Shown here one piece after another: positions 14,989-28,704 of a stretch of DNA of 64,000 bases. The stretch's first letter is position 1; every line of letters starts with the position of its first letter. Below the pieces are notes generated by a model. It made no database searches, had not been told where the DNA came from, and worked only from the letters and a program-made list of their open reading frames with translations. Source of the DNA: the human T2T-CHM13v2.0 reference genome, Homo sapiens; NCBI GenBank assembly GCA_009914755.4, contig CP068257.2, positions 24,704,001 to 24,768,000 on the forward strand. Reading direction: 5' to 3'. The translations under genes and the position numbers were made by a program.

Positions 14989-17900
14989 ATTTAACCCTAA
15001 GTTAATTCCATGTTTGTATCCACTCTACTAACTAATGACTGTTCCTAGTAATTACTTGTAGCACCTTCATGACTTGGAAATTGGATAAAGTAATTTTTGT
15101 CAAAATCTATATTACCTGGCACCTGTCACTTGTGGCCAGGTTGGAGGGAATAGAGTTTTGCAAAGAAAAGAAAAGGTTCCCCTCCAATAAGTTAAGTGAA
15201 TGTTTTCAACCACTTATTGTTTTCACTGTCCCATGGCTGATGGAAAAGACTGAAGAAATATGTGCCTTACCCAAAGGGAAAGTCATGGCTGTCTTTTACA
15301 GTGTCAGAACTTGATAGGATTTTTAATGTTTTCTCTATTACTGGTTGAAGCAGAGCATGAGTGGGTGATGGAATAACTTATAAAATACAGGAATAAATCC
15401 ATCTAGCCCAAGAAAATCACTGAAGAGCAAGATATAATCGGCGTGAATATTTCCTCCTCTAATAACTGAGTAAGGAGTTTATTGATTGAGAGAAGGCAGA
15501 GTAAAACAAATATTTTCAAGAATATTTTCAAAAGATTTCATGTGATGATGATTTTGAGTATTGTATATCTGCTTTGTCTGGATAGCTGACATCTCCCATT
15601 TTTCAAAAGCTGTGTATGGGTTGGTTTGTGCTAATCAATTCTCTTTTCACACCCGTCCATTTGTCATGTACAGGTTTATCCATCTTCGGATTTTCCAAGG
15701 ATTCTCTTTACTCACTCTGGCTCCATAATGCACTGTCCTTAATAAACAAATAATCTGCTACTGACCCACCATGAGTAGCTTTTCCAGTGGCGGTAAAGAA
15801 AGATGCTTAAATTAAAATCCATAATTTCCAAGACAGTTATTTAGGGTTAAAGCTGTAGCTTTGCACCAAGCAAAGGGGCATTTTTTATGCAAAAGTCAGA
15901 TACTGAGCAACGTGTGGTGAGTTCTAGTCAATTGTTCTTTGATTTATTCATCCACTCATTTACCAATTTATCGGTTATGTTCTAGGTCAGTGGTTCTCAA
16001 ACTTGGCTGAAATTATAATTACTTGTTTGTCTTAAAAGAGGATGAAACAGTGAGGTTTGAGTACCTAGTTCCAGGGATCCTGATTTAATTGTTCTGACTT
16101 GAGTCTGGGCATCTGTCACTTTAGAAGCTCTCTTGTGTTTTCAGTATATAGCCAGGTTCAAACATTATTGTTCTGTGTGCTGGATACAGTGGTGAAACAT
16201 ACGGATGGTGGTCTTGCTCACAAGAAATTTATGTTCTGGTGTGAAAATGAAGGGCCATAGACAGATGAGTAAGGTGAATTCATATAACGCTAGGTTCAGT
16301 GGAGAAAATAGAAATAGGTGAGAAGGATACAGAGGACCAAAAGGGAGCTACTTTTTAAAAAGAGTGGTTCATAGGGGAGATGAGGAATGAGCAGAAGCTT
16401 TAATGTGTTTATTGTGCTCAAGAGAGGAGGAGCAGAGAAGAAACATTATTTCTTTAGAAATAAATCAAAACATATACACTTCATCCATTTTAGTGATAAG
16501 AGCTTCATTATTCTTACAAAACTAAGTCTTGGGACTTTCTATGTTAATAAGTCAATTGGGGGTACAAAGATGAATAAGGAACACGAAACTTTCAATCTAG
16601 TACATATGTAATTAACAAGTTGGATATAATTTGGAACATGCTAACGTGGTGGTAGTGACGTGAAGGAGCTTTTGATCCATCGGTGGGTTTTAGGGTTGTT
16701 TTACCATATTCAAGGACTCCTCACTCAGCCTGTTTTCTATTTAGCATTCCTTTCACCTTAATTTTGGCTCTTGCCTTTTATATTTTAGAAGGGTGGTTTT
16801 AAATGGAATTTAGAACTGACGAGTGTTAGGCAATTGTACTGATCTTTGGGTAGAATTGATCAAATGAGTAATTTAGGACAAGAACATTCACTTCTCTTTT
16901 ACTGTGAACTTTGCTAGGCACTGTGGTGATTCAAAATGAGTTAGATGTAGTTAGTTAGTTCCCTGGGTAGATTTAAGGAAGAGTAAATAAAACAGAAAAG
17001 AACGTAATCACAATGCAAAATTAAAAGTGCAATTATAAGGAACACAAAGAGTGAGTGGGCGAGCGGAGGAGGGAGTGAAGAACTTCAACTGATAGTAAAC
17101 CTGGTATTGACATCCAGGCTACCTCAGGGGGCCGGTGCTGGCTCTATTCATACTTATTCCCCAAAATGGTATGACCAGGATGGTGTGGTTTTCGATGAAA
17201 TCTGAGTCTCAAGGAGCTAAATTAGGTCATTAGTTAATTAAAAAAAAAATCTTGGGAGCCAGTTAAAGAAATGCTTATCTCTAAATAATAAATATATTCA
17301 TTCTGATTTTCTTTCTAGATGGTCTTTTCTTTTTGTTGCACTTGACTTTCACTTCAGAAGCAATTCTGGGTGATTTTTAGTTGCTCATTAACATCCCAAG
17401 GTAACATTCTGTGTTTAGCTTTTACAGAAACTAGGAAAAGGGCTTATAGAGAAGTAAATACAGATGAAAACAGGAGCTGGATAATAATAGTAATTTCACA
17501 GCACCTTTCCCCCAAGGTGTTTAAAACATTTTGCAAAATACAAACAAGGATACTGAGAACTCCCAGGGGAAGGTGGCAAAAATCATAGCCTCCATTTATA
17601 GATGAGTCTTCCCAGAGAATCTCTGCGGAAAAGAAAAGTGAGGTGATATGATGATTTTATAGCTACCCTAAAAATATCCTTGACGGAAGAGCCTTCTTAT
17701 GAGAAACCAAATTTTGTACACAGTGACTGTTGGTAATAGACACATTTATTACTGATTATAACAACAGCAAACCTTCCATATTAATATTGAAGTTTTAATA
17801 TTAATAGCAATATTAATATTTGCTATTATCAGTGTCATTCAGTACTTGGTTAAATGATAAACTTCCAGATTGAATCTTAATTGTGCATACTTCAAAGTTT

Positions 17901-18031
17901 AACCCTCTTACTTGGAGTTATTCTGTATTTAATATCTGATTCCACTGTTTTTTGAATTGATTTTACCCTACCAAGCTGACTGTAAGGTCAATGTGAGAAG
18001 GGGACTCTCCTAATACACAGATTGGTCTTAA

Positions 18032-18327
<296 letters not shown>

Positions 18328-18389
18328 CAAGAACATAGTACTTTTTGAATAAAGCAAACTCTTTTGGAACAAAATGTTGAACCAGTAGA

Positions 18390-18414
18390 AAACAAACAAA
18401 CAAACAAACAAAAA
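18390..18414. repeat. (CAAA)n microsatellite
   Basis: aaacaaacaaacaaacaaacaaaaa. Confidence 0.8.
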
Positions 18415-18490
18415 CTACATTCTTTTTCCTCTTATGAGACCACTTACAATTACTTATCACACCAATGGTTCTGGTCTATGTCCTTTTTAA

Positions 18491-18782
18491 GTTTACCTTT
18501 TAGACTTTTAGAGATTATTTTCCAGCTAGTTAAATCACTCTCTAAAAAGAATTCCTTTGACATACAAACCCGAAGAGTTCTTATGGTGGCCTGGTGATGG
18601 TTTTTAGTACCTGCCGGTTCCCTTCTCACTTCCTGTGATGGCCATTACAATCTTTTGTACTCTAGTTAGTATTCTGTCTCATACTAAATCCCTTCACTCT
18701 CAACAGGCAGCCTTAAATTTTTCCATGTAGACAATACTGAGATCCCAGCCTTGTACTCTTTAAACTTCCCTTCTTTCCTCCT
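18491..18782 (+). repeat. Copy A of a ~290-bp direct duplication. Its partner is at 19211-19487, and the two are about 93% identical.
   Basis: gtttaccttttagacttttagagattattttccagctagttaaatcactctctaaaaagaattcctttgacatacaaaccc...ttatggtggcctggtgatggtttttagta...cttcctgtgatggccattacaatc...ccttaaatttttccatgtagacaatactgaga recurs almost verbatim 720 bp downstream. Confidence 0.85.
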
Positions 18783-18840
18783 TTAGATAGCTTTCTTTCG
18801 TTCTTCCCACTTATGAATTTAGCATCCCTGATTCAGAAAT

Positions 18841-19200
18841 CTGAGATCTGAAATGGTCCCAATCCAAAACTGTTTTAGCCCTGACATGACGCCACAGTGG
18901 AAAATTTTATACCTGAATTCAGGTGATGGGTTGCAGACAAAACTTTCTTCCGTGCACAAGATTATTAAAAATAGTGTATATAATTACCTTCAGGCTATGT
19001 GTTTGTGTCGCAGACAAAACTTTCTTCTGTGCACAAAATTATTAAAAATAGTGTATATAATTACCTTCAGGCTATGTGCATAAGGTGTATATGAAAAGTA
19101 AAATGAATTTCATCTTTATACTTGGGTCCCAATCCAAAGATATCTCATTATGTACAGTCACATGTCACTTAATGACAGTTATACATTCTGAGAAGTGATT
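18841..19200 (+). repeat. AT-rich interspersed-repeat fragment of unnamed family, containing a 77-bp tandem duplication (unit 1 at 18933-19009, unit 2 at 19010-19078)
   Basis: gcagacaaaactttcttccgtgcacaagattattaaaaatagtgtatataattaccttcaggctatgtg is immediately repeated as gcagacaaaactttcttctgtgcacaaaattattaaaaatagtgtatataattaccttcaggctatgtg. The flanking pieces (…ggtcccaatccaaaactgtttt…, …gggtcccaatccaaagatatctcattatgta…) resemble a recurrent primate repeat that I cannot name confidently. Another fragment of the same family lies at 19826-19915. Confidence 0.6.
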
Positions 19201-19210
19201 TTTTTTTTGA

Positions 19211-19487
19211 GTTTACCTTTTAGGCTTTTATAGATTATTTTCTAGCCAGTTAAATCACTCTCTAAAAAGAATTCCTTTGACATACAAACCCAAGGAGATC
19301 TTATGGTGGCCTGGTGATGGTTTTTAGTAATTGCCAGCTCCTTTCTCACTTCCTGTGATGGCCATTACAATCTTTGGTACTCTAGTTAGTATTCTTATAC
19401 TAAATCCCTTCACTCTCAATGGGCAGCCTTAAATTTTCCATGTAGACAATACTGAGACCCCAGCCTTGTACTCTTTAAACTTTCCTT
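19211..19487 (+). repeat. Copy B of the ~290-bp direct duplication
   Basis: See the 18491-18782 entry. Copy B differs from copy A by about 18 substitutions and 2 small indels. Confidence 0.85.
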
Positions 19488-19545
19488 CTTTTTTTTTGAG
19501 ACAGCGTCTCACTCTGTCGCCCAGGCTGGAGTGCAATTGTTGGGC
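19488..19545 (-). mobile_element. Alu 3'-terminal fragment (antisense), about 50 bp plus poly-T
   Basis: tttttttttgagacagcgtctcactctgtcgcccaggctggagtgcaattgttgggcg. Confidence 0.7.
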
Positions 19546-20239
19546 GATTTTGTAGCTGTGCAAACATCACAGAGTGTACTTACATGAACCTAGATATCTT
19601 AGCCTACTACACACCTAGGCTACCTGGTATAGCCTATTGCTCCTAGGCCACAAACCTGTATAGCTTGTTACTGTATTGAATACCGTGGACTATTATAGCC
19701 CAATGTTAAGCATTTTTGTGTCTAAACATGACAAAAATAGAAAAGGTACAGTAAAAATATAATATAGTGTTCTGGGACCACTGTTGTATAAACGCATTCT
19801 GTTCCTAAACAAAATGTTATATGACACGTGACTGTATATGCAAATATTTGAAAATCTGAGAAAAATCTGAAATCCAAAAGACTTCTGATCCCAAGCATTT
19901 CAGATAAGGGATACACAACCAATATGAGATTTTTTTTTCTTTTTATTGTGTCTTGAATTAATCTTGGATTAACCAATCACCTGCCCCTGAAGCTAACTCC
20001 ATTATCATTTACCCTCTTCTTAGCAATGATAACATCTTTCCTCTGGACTCCCTTCTAAGATCACAGCTTTCTACATTTTAACTCACCTGCTCAAGTACTT
20101 CTAACTCAGCCCACTGTGACCTCCCACGGATTGATGACACTTCCCTGAGTAATCATCAGTACCTCTGGTCTGTCTCCAATTCCATTGTTTTCCTGATCCA
20201 TCTCGTTAATCATTCCCTTGCAAACAGTCCTCAACCTCC

Positions 20240-20400
20240 ACGCCTCTTTACCTGTACTTTGGCTTCCTCATCTGTAAAATGGGGATAATAGAAGTGCCTA
20301 TTTCATGGGGTAGGAGGGTGAGGGTTTAATGAATTTATAGAAAATGCTTGAAACAATGTCTGGTACATAGTTAGCCTTGCATAGGTGATTATAATAATGA
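20240..20400 (+). mobile_element. MIR (ancient SINE) fragment
   Basis: cctcatctgtaaaatggggataatagaagtgcctatttcatggggtaggagggtgagggtttaatgaatt...tgcttgaaacaatgtctggtacatagttagc matches the MIR core and 3' region. Confidence 0.5.
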
Positions 20401-21466
20401 GGCTGATTATTGCTACTACTTAGGAGCTTCAATTGCCTCTCAATTGCCTATAGTGATAAGACTTGAACTCCTCATCTTGGCATTCATGCTTTTTCTTTCC
20501 TACCCTCATCTTCTTTACTCCCACTCCATATACCCCATGCCACTGCATTTTGAGTCTCTCCTTTCTTAAAAGACCGTTTCATATCTCTGTGCCTTTGCGT
20601 CTTCTGTTTCTTCTTCTTAGAATGACTTCTAGTACTCCTTTGTCTAGCTCATTTCAGTTGATCCATTAAGACCTGCATTAGTTATCTATTGCTGCATAAC
20701 AAGTTAGCCCCAAAATTAGTGATGTAAAACAACGGTAAATATTTATCTCATGCAATGGTCCAGGAATTCAAAATTGGCTTGGCTTGGTGGTTCTGGCTGA
20801 GGGTGTCTTGTGCAGTTGTAGTTAATTTGAAGGTTTGGTGCTAGCTTTGGGGTTCTGCTTTGAGAAGGTGAAGTTCTGCTTTGAGGATTGCTCTCTCACA
20901 TGGCTGGCAAGCTGGTTGGCTGTTGTCAGGAGGTCTCAGTTTCTCAATGAGTAGACTGCTTCTTAGGGCTGTTGAGTATTCTTACAACATGGAGGCTGGC
21001 TTTTCTTAGAGCAAGGGGAGTGCAAGTAGAAGTAGAAATCTCTTTTATGGCCTACTCTTGGATTCCACACACTGTCATTTCCTCAGTATTCTACTAGTCA
21101 TCCAGGCAAGCCCTGACTCACTGTGGGATGGGACTCTACAGAGGCTTGAAAGCCAGGAAGCCAGACTGCTGGGGTCCAACAACTTTTCTGAGATCTTCTC
21201 TCATTACCCGAGGCAGATTTGTTTACATTTATCTTTTTGGTGCCTCCGTGAAAGCACTTGTAGTGTTCTGGAGTTTATTTGTGTGCTTGCTGTTTACATC
21301 TGCCTTCTTCACAAAATTAAGAATAATGGGAAGGCAGAGGCTATGCAGTTTCATGTCTGTTTCCCCTGGCCCTATTTGTAGCCCCAAAGTGGAGATCCAA
21401 CAGGTGCAGATTTCATTGAATCAAATCATTACATATTTCTGTTCAGGATTGAAAATCTATCTTCTA

Positions 21467-21779
<313 letters not shown>

Positions 21780-23684
21780 CTAAAATGAAAAACGCTGTGT
21801 AGTCACTGTTGCTTTTTTTCATCTTGAGACTAAATTATATTATGTACTCACAATTCCTCTTCATTTTTTTTAGAAAGAAAAGCTTCCATTATGTTCAGGT
21901 TATTACTTGAGTGAAAACCTATAATTTTCCTTTCCTGTGAAAAAGAGCCAATCTTCTAGTACATGATATTGTCTACCTTCATTTTGTACAGCTCAAGTGA
22001 GATTGGTTGGGTGAGGTCTCTCCCACAAAACAACTATTTTGTCCAGTTCACTGCAAAAGCTCAATCTTCCTTTTCTACTTGAGACTTTGTGAAATTACAG
22101 TTTCATTTATTTTTAAAAAAGATAAAAAGTAAAGAGTGATGGAAGTTCTGTGGTCAGGTATTTTCTAGACATGTTTTATCAAAGAGTAGAACAAGCAAAT
22201 AATGTGTTTCTCTTGAGCCTTCAAATGCTAAAACTAATCACCTGAATAAGAATAGGTCTGAGATTTAATTCTAGTGATCAGGATTGGAAGTATACTCTCA
22301 AGCTTTTACCTTTCACTCTAGTGAGCTGAAGTGAATTCATTTTCAAACCTGAACACCTGTTTACATAACACAGCCTTAACTTAAAGACGCAATTTACTTT
22401 TGCAAAAGAAGAAGCAGGACTACAATTCATCCATTCAGTTACTCAACAAATATTTATCAAATACCTAATATGCACTCAGATGGGTTTGTTAGTTTTCCCA
22501 AATTTGAATATTACATAGGTCCACTTTAACTTACATTTCACATTGGCAAAGAGAAAAACAAAATGCACCTTGCAGAATTTTCACTGTGTGCTTCTTTCTG
22601 TCTTGATTTTCTTTCTCTCACTGTATTCTAGACTTATTTTTCAGGATTAGTTTCAAAGCTCTCCCTATTAAGACATACCTTGCAGTCCAACATTATGTAG
22701 GGGAGATATGATGAGTAGATTCATTCAAGAGTACCCTCTTCCATGCCTTTCTGTACTATAGAAGCCTCTAAGAGAAGTACCTGTGTCATCAGCTTCCCTT
22801 GTAGATAGAAGTGGCCATGTGGCAGAGTGTAGATTAATGAATTATAGGGAAAATTACTGCAAAAAGCAGCGATTTGCCTTCTTTTTCCTCTCTTTCTTCC
22901 TGCTTGCAATGACAAATAATGCTAGGTAGGACAAAGAGCCTCTTTGTGACTCCGAGGACAATAGTCCCACACTAAAGATGGCAGAGCTGGGAAATAGAAG
23001 GACCCTGGTTCTTTGATAATATTATTAAAAAAATACAGCAGCCCAGACCATCTCCTTCTTGATTTTTCTACATTACAAAAATAAATTCTTTAAGCAACTA
23101 TATATTGAGTTTTCTGTTACTTGTAGCTGAATGAATACATTTAACTGATATACTCTTTAATTACATTCACTCCAGACTTTGTTGAATTTAAAGTGCACTC
23201 TCTTTAAGTTTAGGGTGTTGGAAAAAGCCCAGTGGGTTGGATATCCTCCCATACTCCTTCCTGTCCCTCCCCCCTTTCTTCCTTACCTCCTTCCGCTTTA
23301 AATTCTACTGTTAGACTACAACTAGAACTTAATGTAATAAATTCCTCTGAATTTTTCTCTTGAATATGTTATGTATTTAAAAAGATGTCTATAATTATGT
23401 ATGATATTTTCCTAAAGCCTTATATAATCCTCTAAAAGAGTATGCTTGCCATCTGTATGGCTTCATGGTTGATTTTCTGTCATGTGGGAAAGATGAATCT
23501 CCAAGACTTAGTTAAAGGTTTCACAGAATAAATATGAATAAATATACAAACATATTTTCAAAATACTTTGTGTTCACACATACTTTGTGTGTATAGCATT
23601 GCCTATTGTTTTCTCTGGAGATAATAAGTTGATATTTGTTGACTATTTGTCCAAATAGTAGTGAATCTTGGTGGTGTACAATAA

Positions 23685-24046
<362 letters not shown>

Positions 24047-24767
24047 AATCTTATGATTTCTAAATAGAAATAAAAATATTTGACTTAGTCTCCCTAGTAG
24101 GTTGTTGTGAAACTCAAAAAAGGAAATAGATTGGAATAATGTACTATATAAATGCAAAATATACTATTATTAATTGTTACTAAAAATTCCAGAGTATGAA
24201 TGCCAACATTGCTTCAAATTAGGGTTATTTATTTGCTATGCATAAGCATAGATTTTAATGTTTTCCTATACTTTCCATTTGGAGGGTTAAGTCAGTGAGG
24301 ACATTAAAGATTGAAGGGAAAACATACATGTTTCCCCCACTCTACTTCCAGCTCCATTTCGGAGGTGAATTTCTTGCTGAAATTAGTGTGCGGGGCAGAC
24401 AAAGCATGGTGAAAACATTAGCCTATTCCTTTCCAGGCTATGATTAGTCTACTAAGAAAATCTACCTCTTGTGAAGTCTCCAGCTTTCAGGAATTACCAC
24501 GAGAGAAAAATGTTCTGGGGGAGAGACGGTCTCTCACAAAATGAATGCATTGAACATATTCACCTGTATTAGGAAATAGAGAAGCAAGGATACCAGTTCA
24601 AAGGCAATGAAACCAGCCATAATCATATAAGAAGCCAAAACATCAAAAGAGAAAACTTTCTTGCTAATTTTTCACTGCTTCAATGATACATTCTAGCAAG
24701 GTATGTGGGGAAGAAAAAACAAGTCTGGAGTTGGCACTCCCCGCAGCTGAAGTTTCTCTAAGTAGAC

Positions 24768-25162
24768 TGTGATGGTTAATTTTATGTGTCAACTTGACTG
24801 GGTTAAGGGATACCCTGATAGCTGGTGAAACATTATTTCTGATTGTGCCTATGAGGGTGCTTCTGAAAGATATAAGCATTTAAATTAGTAGACTGAATAA
24901 AGAAGAGCTGGCCTCACCAATGTGGGCAGACATCATCCAATCTATTGAGGTCCCAGCCAAACAGAGGCCTTCGACTGCGAGTTACATCAACTCCCCTGGC
25001 ACTTAGGCCTTCGAACTGGCCTTTCTTGGTTCTCCAGCTTATGGACAGCAGATCATGGGACCTCTCAGCCTCCCTAACTATGTGAGTCAGTTCTCATCAT
25101 AAATCCCTTATAAATCTATATATCTTATTGATTTTGTTTTTCTGGAGAATGCTGGCTAATAC
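24768..25162 (+). mobile_element. Ancient LTR-like interspersed repeat (ERVL/MaLR-related; exact family not assigned)
   Basis: The segment tgtgatggttaattttatgtgtcaacttgactgggttaagggataccctgatagctggtgaaacattatttctg...ctcaccaatgtgggcagacatcatccaatc...tctccagcttatggacagcagatcatgggacctctcagcctccctaactatgtgagtcagttctcatcataaatccc...ctggagaatgctggctaatac is familiar as a widely dispersed mammalian LTR-type repeat. Confidence 0.4.
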
Positions 25163-25799
25163 ATAGGCTATAAAAAAGAAGTATATTCAAGATAGAGGTC
25201 TTACATGTTGACCCCAAAATCATATAGATACAAGTGCTTCCTGGAGGACAGGGAAAGCCAGCATGTGACCTGACTTACAACACTGTTAAGTCTGGAGAAG
25301 AATAGAATTTCCTCTTTTACAATGTGTATTCCAAAGCCTCATGACCTCTGCCTGAAAAATCTGCTTTTATGTAGGGTCTCTCTGGCCTATGAATAAATTA
25401 TTATTCATATCATTTATTCAGATAATTTTACACTGGGTTGCCAGTGGATAAAGTAAGTTTTTTGTTATTAGTCATGCTTATTTTTGTGTTAAGTGTATGT
25501 ATATGGACTTAGAATGTGGTATACTAAGAAATCTAGCAGGGCTTTACAGGAGAATATATTTAACTGGATCATCCTTTCAGATAGTTCCTATAGTTTATCT
25601 TATTTAAAAATAAAATATTATATATTTTTCATAGGTTACATTTTAAAAACATGTCTATTAAAAGATTAAATCACTATATGTCAATTGAATAAGTGATTTT
25701 TAATGAAATTAAGCTCCATTCATTTCAAACTCTAATATATTTACATTTAAATTGCATTTCAGAAACAATGAAAAAAACTGTCTGAACAATATATTATGA

Positions 25800-26145
<346 letters not shown>

Positions 26146-26250
26146 TATTTTACTTAATTTCTTCTTCCAAATTCCATTCTTACAGCTGATCTCTTCCCTG
26201 GTTTGGGCCACTGTAAAGATTTGCTTTTTCATGTAGACCTCATACAAGAG

Positions 26251-26651
26251 TGTATTAGTCTGTTTTCATGCTGCTTCATAATTTATCCATGCTTCATAAA
26301 TTATCCATGACTGGATAATAATTTATCATGCTTCATAAATTATCCATGACTGGATAATTTATAAAGAAAAAGAGGTTTAATGGACCCACAGTTCCATGTG
26401 ACTGAGAAAGCCTCACAATCATGGTGAAAGGCACCTCTTCCACGGCAGGCAAGAGAGAATGAGAGCCAAGTGAAATGGGAAACCCCTTATAAAACCATCA
26501 GATCTTGTGAGACTTATTCATGAGAACTGTATGGGGGACACCACACCCATGATTCAGTTATCTCTCACTGGCTGTCTCCCACAACATGTGGGAATTATTG
26601 GAGCTACAGTTCAAGATGATATTTGGGTGGGGACACAGCCAAACCATATCA
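26251..26651 (-). mobile_element. ERVL-MaLR solitary LTR (THE1/MST family), antisense, with an internal ~37-bp tandem duplication
   Basis: tgtattagtctgttttcatgctgcttcataatttatccatg[cttcataaattatccatgactggataat x2]...ggggacacagccaaaccatatca. The flanks are aagag and cagag. Confidence 0.75.
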
Positions 26652-27381
26652 CAGAGTATGCATGTTCTTGCTCAAAGGAAAGAACCTAAACATTCTTTAC
26701 TCATAATATGATATTTGGAGCAGCTTCATAGTAGATTTTTGTACTTTAGCATCGGGATGTCTCAGTGTTTGTTAACAACTAATAAATGCTCCGTATAGGT
26801 TAACAGGAATGCTTAGACTATAAAAATTGAAGAGAACCAACCTCACTTCAATTATTATTGTTTTTTACATGTAAAGGATTGTGTCTTTAGTAAATATCTT
26901 TTCTATAAGTCACTATAAAGTTTACATATTTTCTTATGAGTCCTCAGTTCTCTCAGACAGTGGCTGGTGAATAAACAATACTCCACAGGAAAGAATAAGT
27001 TATGATTTTGGGGGGCTGAATCAAACTCTTCCCAGATAACCTACACAAAATAAAATTATAATGACTGAATACATCTAAACAATTTATCATAATTGATAAC
27101 TGGTTTTTAAGAAATTGACTAGATTCAGTTGGCTTTTAACATAGAATGTTATTTGACTAACAGAATCAATTATTTTTCTTCCCAAAGTGACTTGGGATAT
27201 TTGGGTATAATTTTTGTGACTGCCATAAAAGCTAGACTTGGAATTAGGGGACTCTATATTAAACTAGAAGAGAAAGTTTTGACCCCAAGAATAGTGATAA
27301 TATTTGAATCATGCATGCTTCTTTTTAATTTTTAATTATTTATGCATTAATTGAGTATGCAATTCACCGCATATGCCAGTA

Positions 27382-28704
27382 TTTTTTTTTAATTATACTT
27401 TAAGTTCTGGGGTACATGTGCAGAACGTGCAGTTTTGTTACATAGGTATACACGTGCCATGGTGGTTTGCTGCACCCATCAACCCGTTATCTACGTTAGG
27501 TATTTCTCCTAATGCTATCCCTCCCCTAGCTCCCCAGCCCCCACAGGCCCTGGTGTGTGATGTTCCCCTTCCTGTGTCCATGTGTTCTCATTGTTCAACT
27601 CCCACTTATAAGTGAGAACATGTGGGGTTTGGTTTTCTGATCTTGTGACAGTTTGCTGAGAATGATGGTTTCCAGCTTCATCCATGTCTCTGCAAAGGAT
27701 GTGAACTCATCCTTTTTCATGGCTGCATAGTATTCCATGGTGTATATGTGCCACATTTTCTTAATCCAGACTATCATTGATGAACATTCGGGTTGGTTCC
27801 AAGTCTTTGCTATTGTGAATAGTGCTGCAATAAACATATGTGTGCATGTGTCTTTATTGTAGAATAATATATAATCCTTTGGGTATATACCCAGTAATGG
27901 AATTGCTGGGGCAAATGGTATTTCTAGTTCTAGATCCTTGAAGAATTGCCACACTGTCTTCCACAATGGTTGAACTAATTTATATTCCCACCAACAGTGT
28001 AAAAGTGTTCCCATTTTTCCACAGCCTCTCCAGCATCTGTTGTTTCCTGACTTTTTAATGATCACCAATCTAACTGGCGTGAGATGGTATCTCATTATGG
28101 TTTTGATTTGCATTTCTCTAACGACCAGTGGTGATGAGCATTTTTTCATGTGTCTGTTGGCTGCATAAATGTCTTCTTTTGAGAAGCGTCTGTTCGTATC
28201 CTTTGCCCATTTTTTGATGGGGTTTTTGCTTTTTTCTTGTAAATTTGTTTAAGTTCTTTGTAGATTCTGGATATATTAGCCCTTTGTCAGATGGATAGAT
28301 TGCAAAAATTTTCTCCCATTCTGTAGGTTTTCTCTTCACTCTGATGATAGTTTCTTTTGCTGTGCGGAAGCTCTTTGGTTTAATTAGATCCCATTTGTCA
28401 ATTTTGGCTTTTGTTGCCATTGCTTTTGGGGTTTTAGTCATGAAGTCTTTGCCCATGCCTGTGTCCTGAATGATATTGCCCAGGTTTTCTTCTAGGATTT
28501 TTATGGTCCTAGGTCTTAGGTTTAAGTCTTTGATCCATCTTGAGTTGATTTTTGTATAAGGTGTAAGGAAGGGGTCCAGTTTCAGTTTTCTGCCTATGGC
28601 TAGCCAGTTTTCCCAACACCATTTATTAAATAGGGAATCTTTTCCCCATTGCCTGTGTGTGTCAGGCTTGTCAAAGATCAGATGGTGGTAGATCACACAT
28701 GCTT
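27382..28704 (-). mobile_element. L1 (L1PA-type) 3' fragment of ~1.3 kb, antisense. It covers the ORF2 C-terminal region plus the 3'UTR, and its poly-A tail appears as poly-T at 27382-27390.
   Basis: tttttttttaattatactttaagttctggggtacatgtgcagaacgtgcagttttgttacataggtatacacgtgccatggtggtttgctgcacc is the reverse complement of the L1 3' end. The minus ORFs 27595..28149 and 28118..28849 translate L1 ORF2p (…[41 protein letters not shown]… and …[50 protein letters not shown]…). L1 similarity ends near 28704. Confidence 0.9.
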
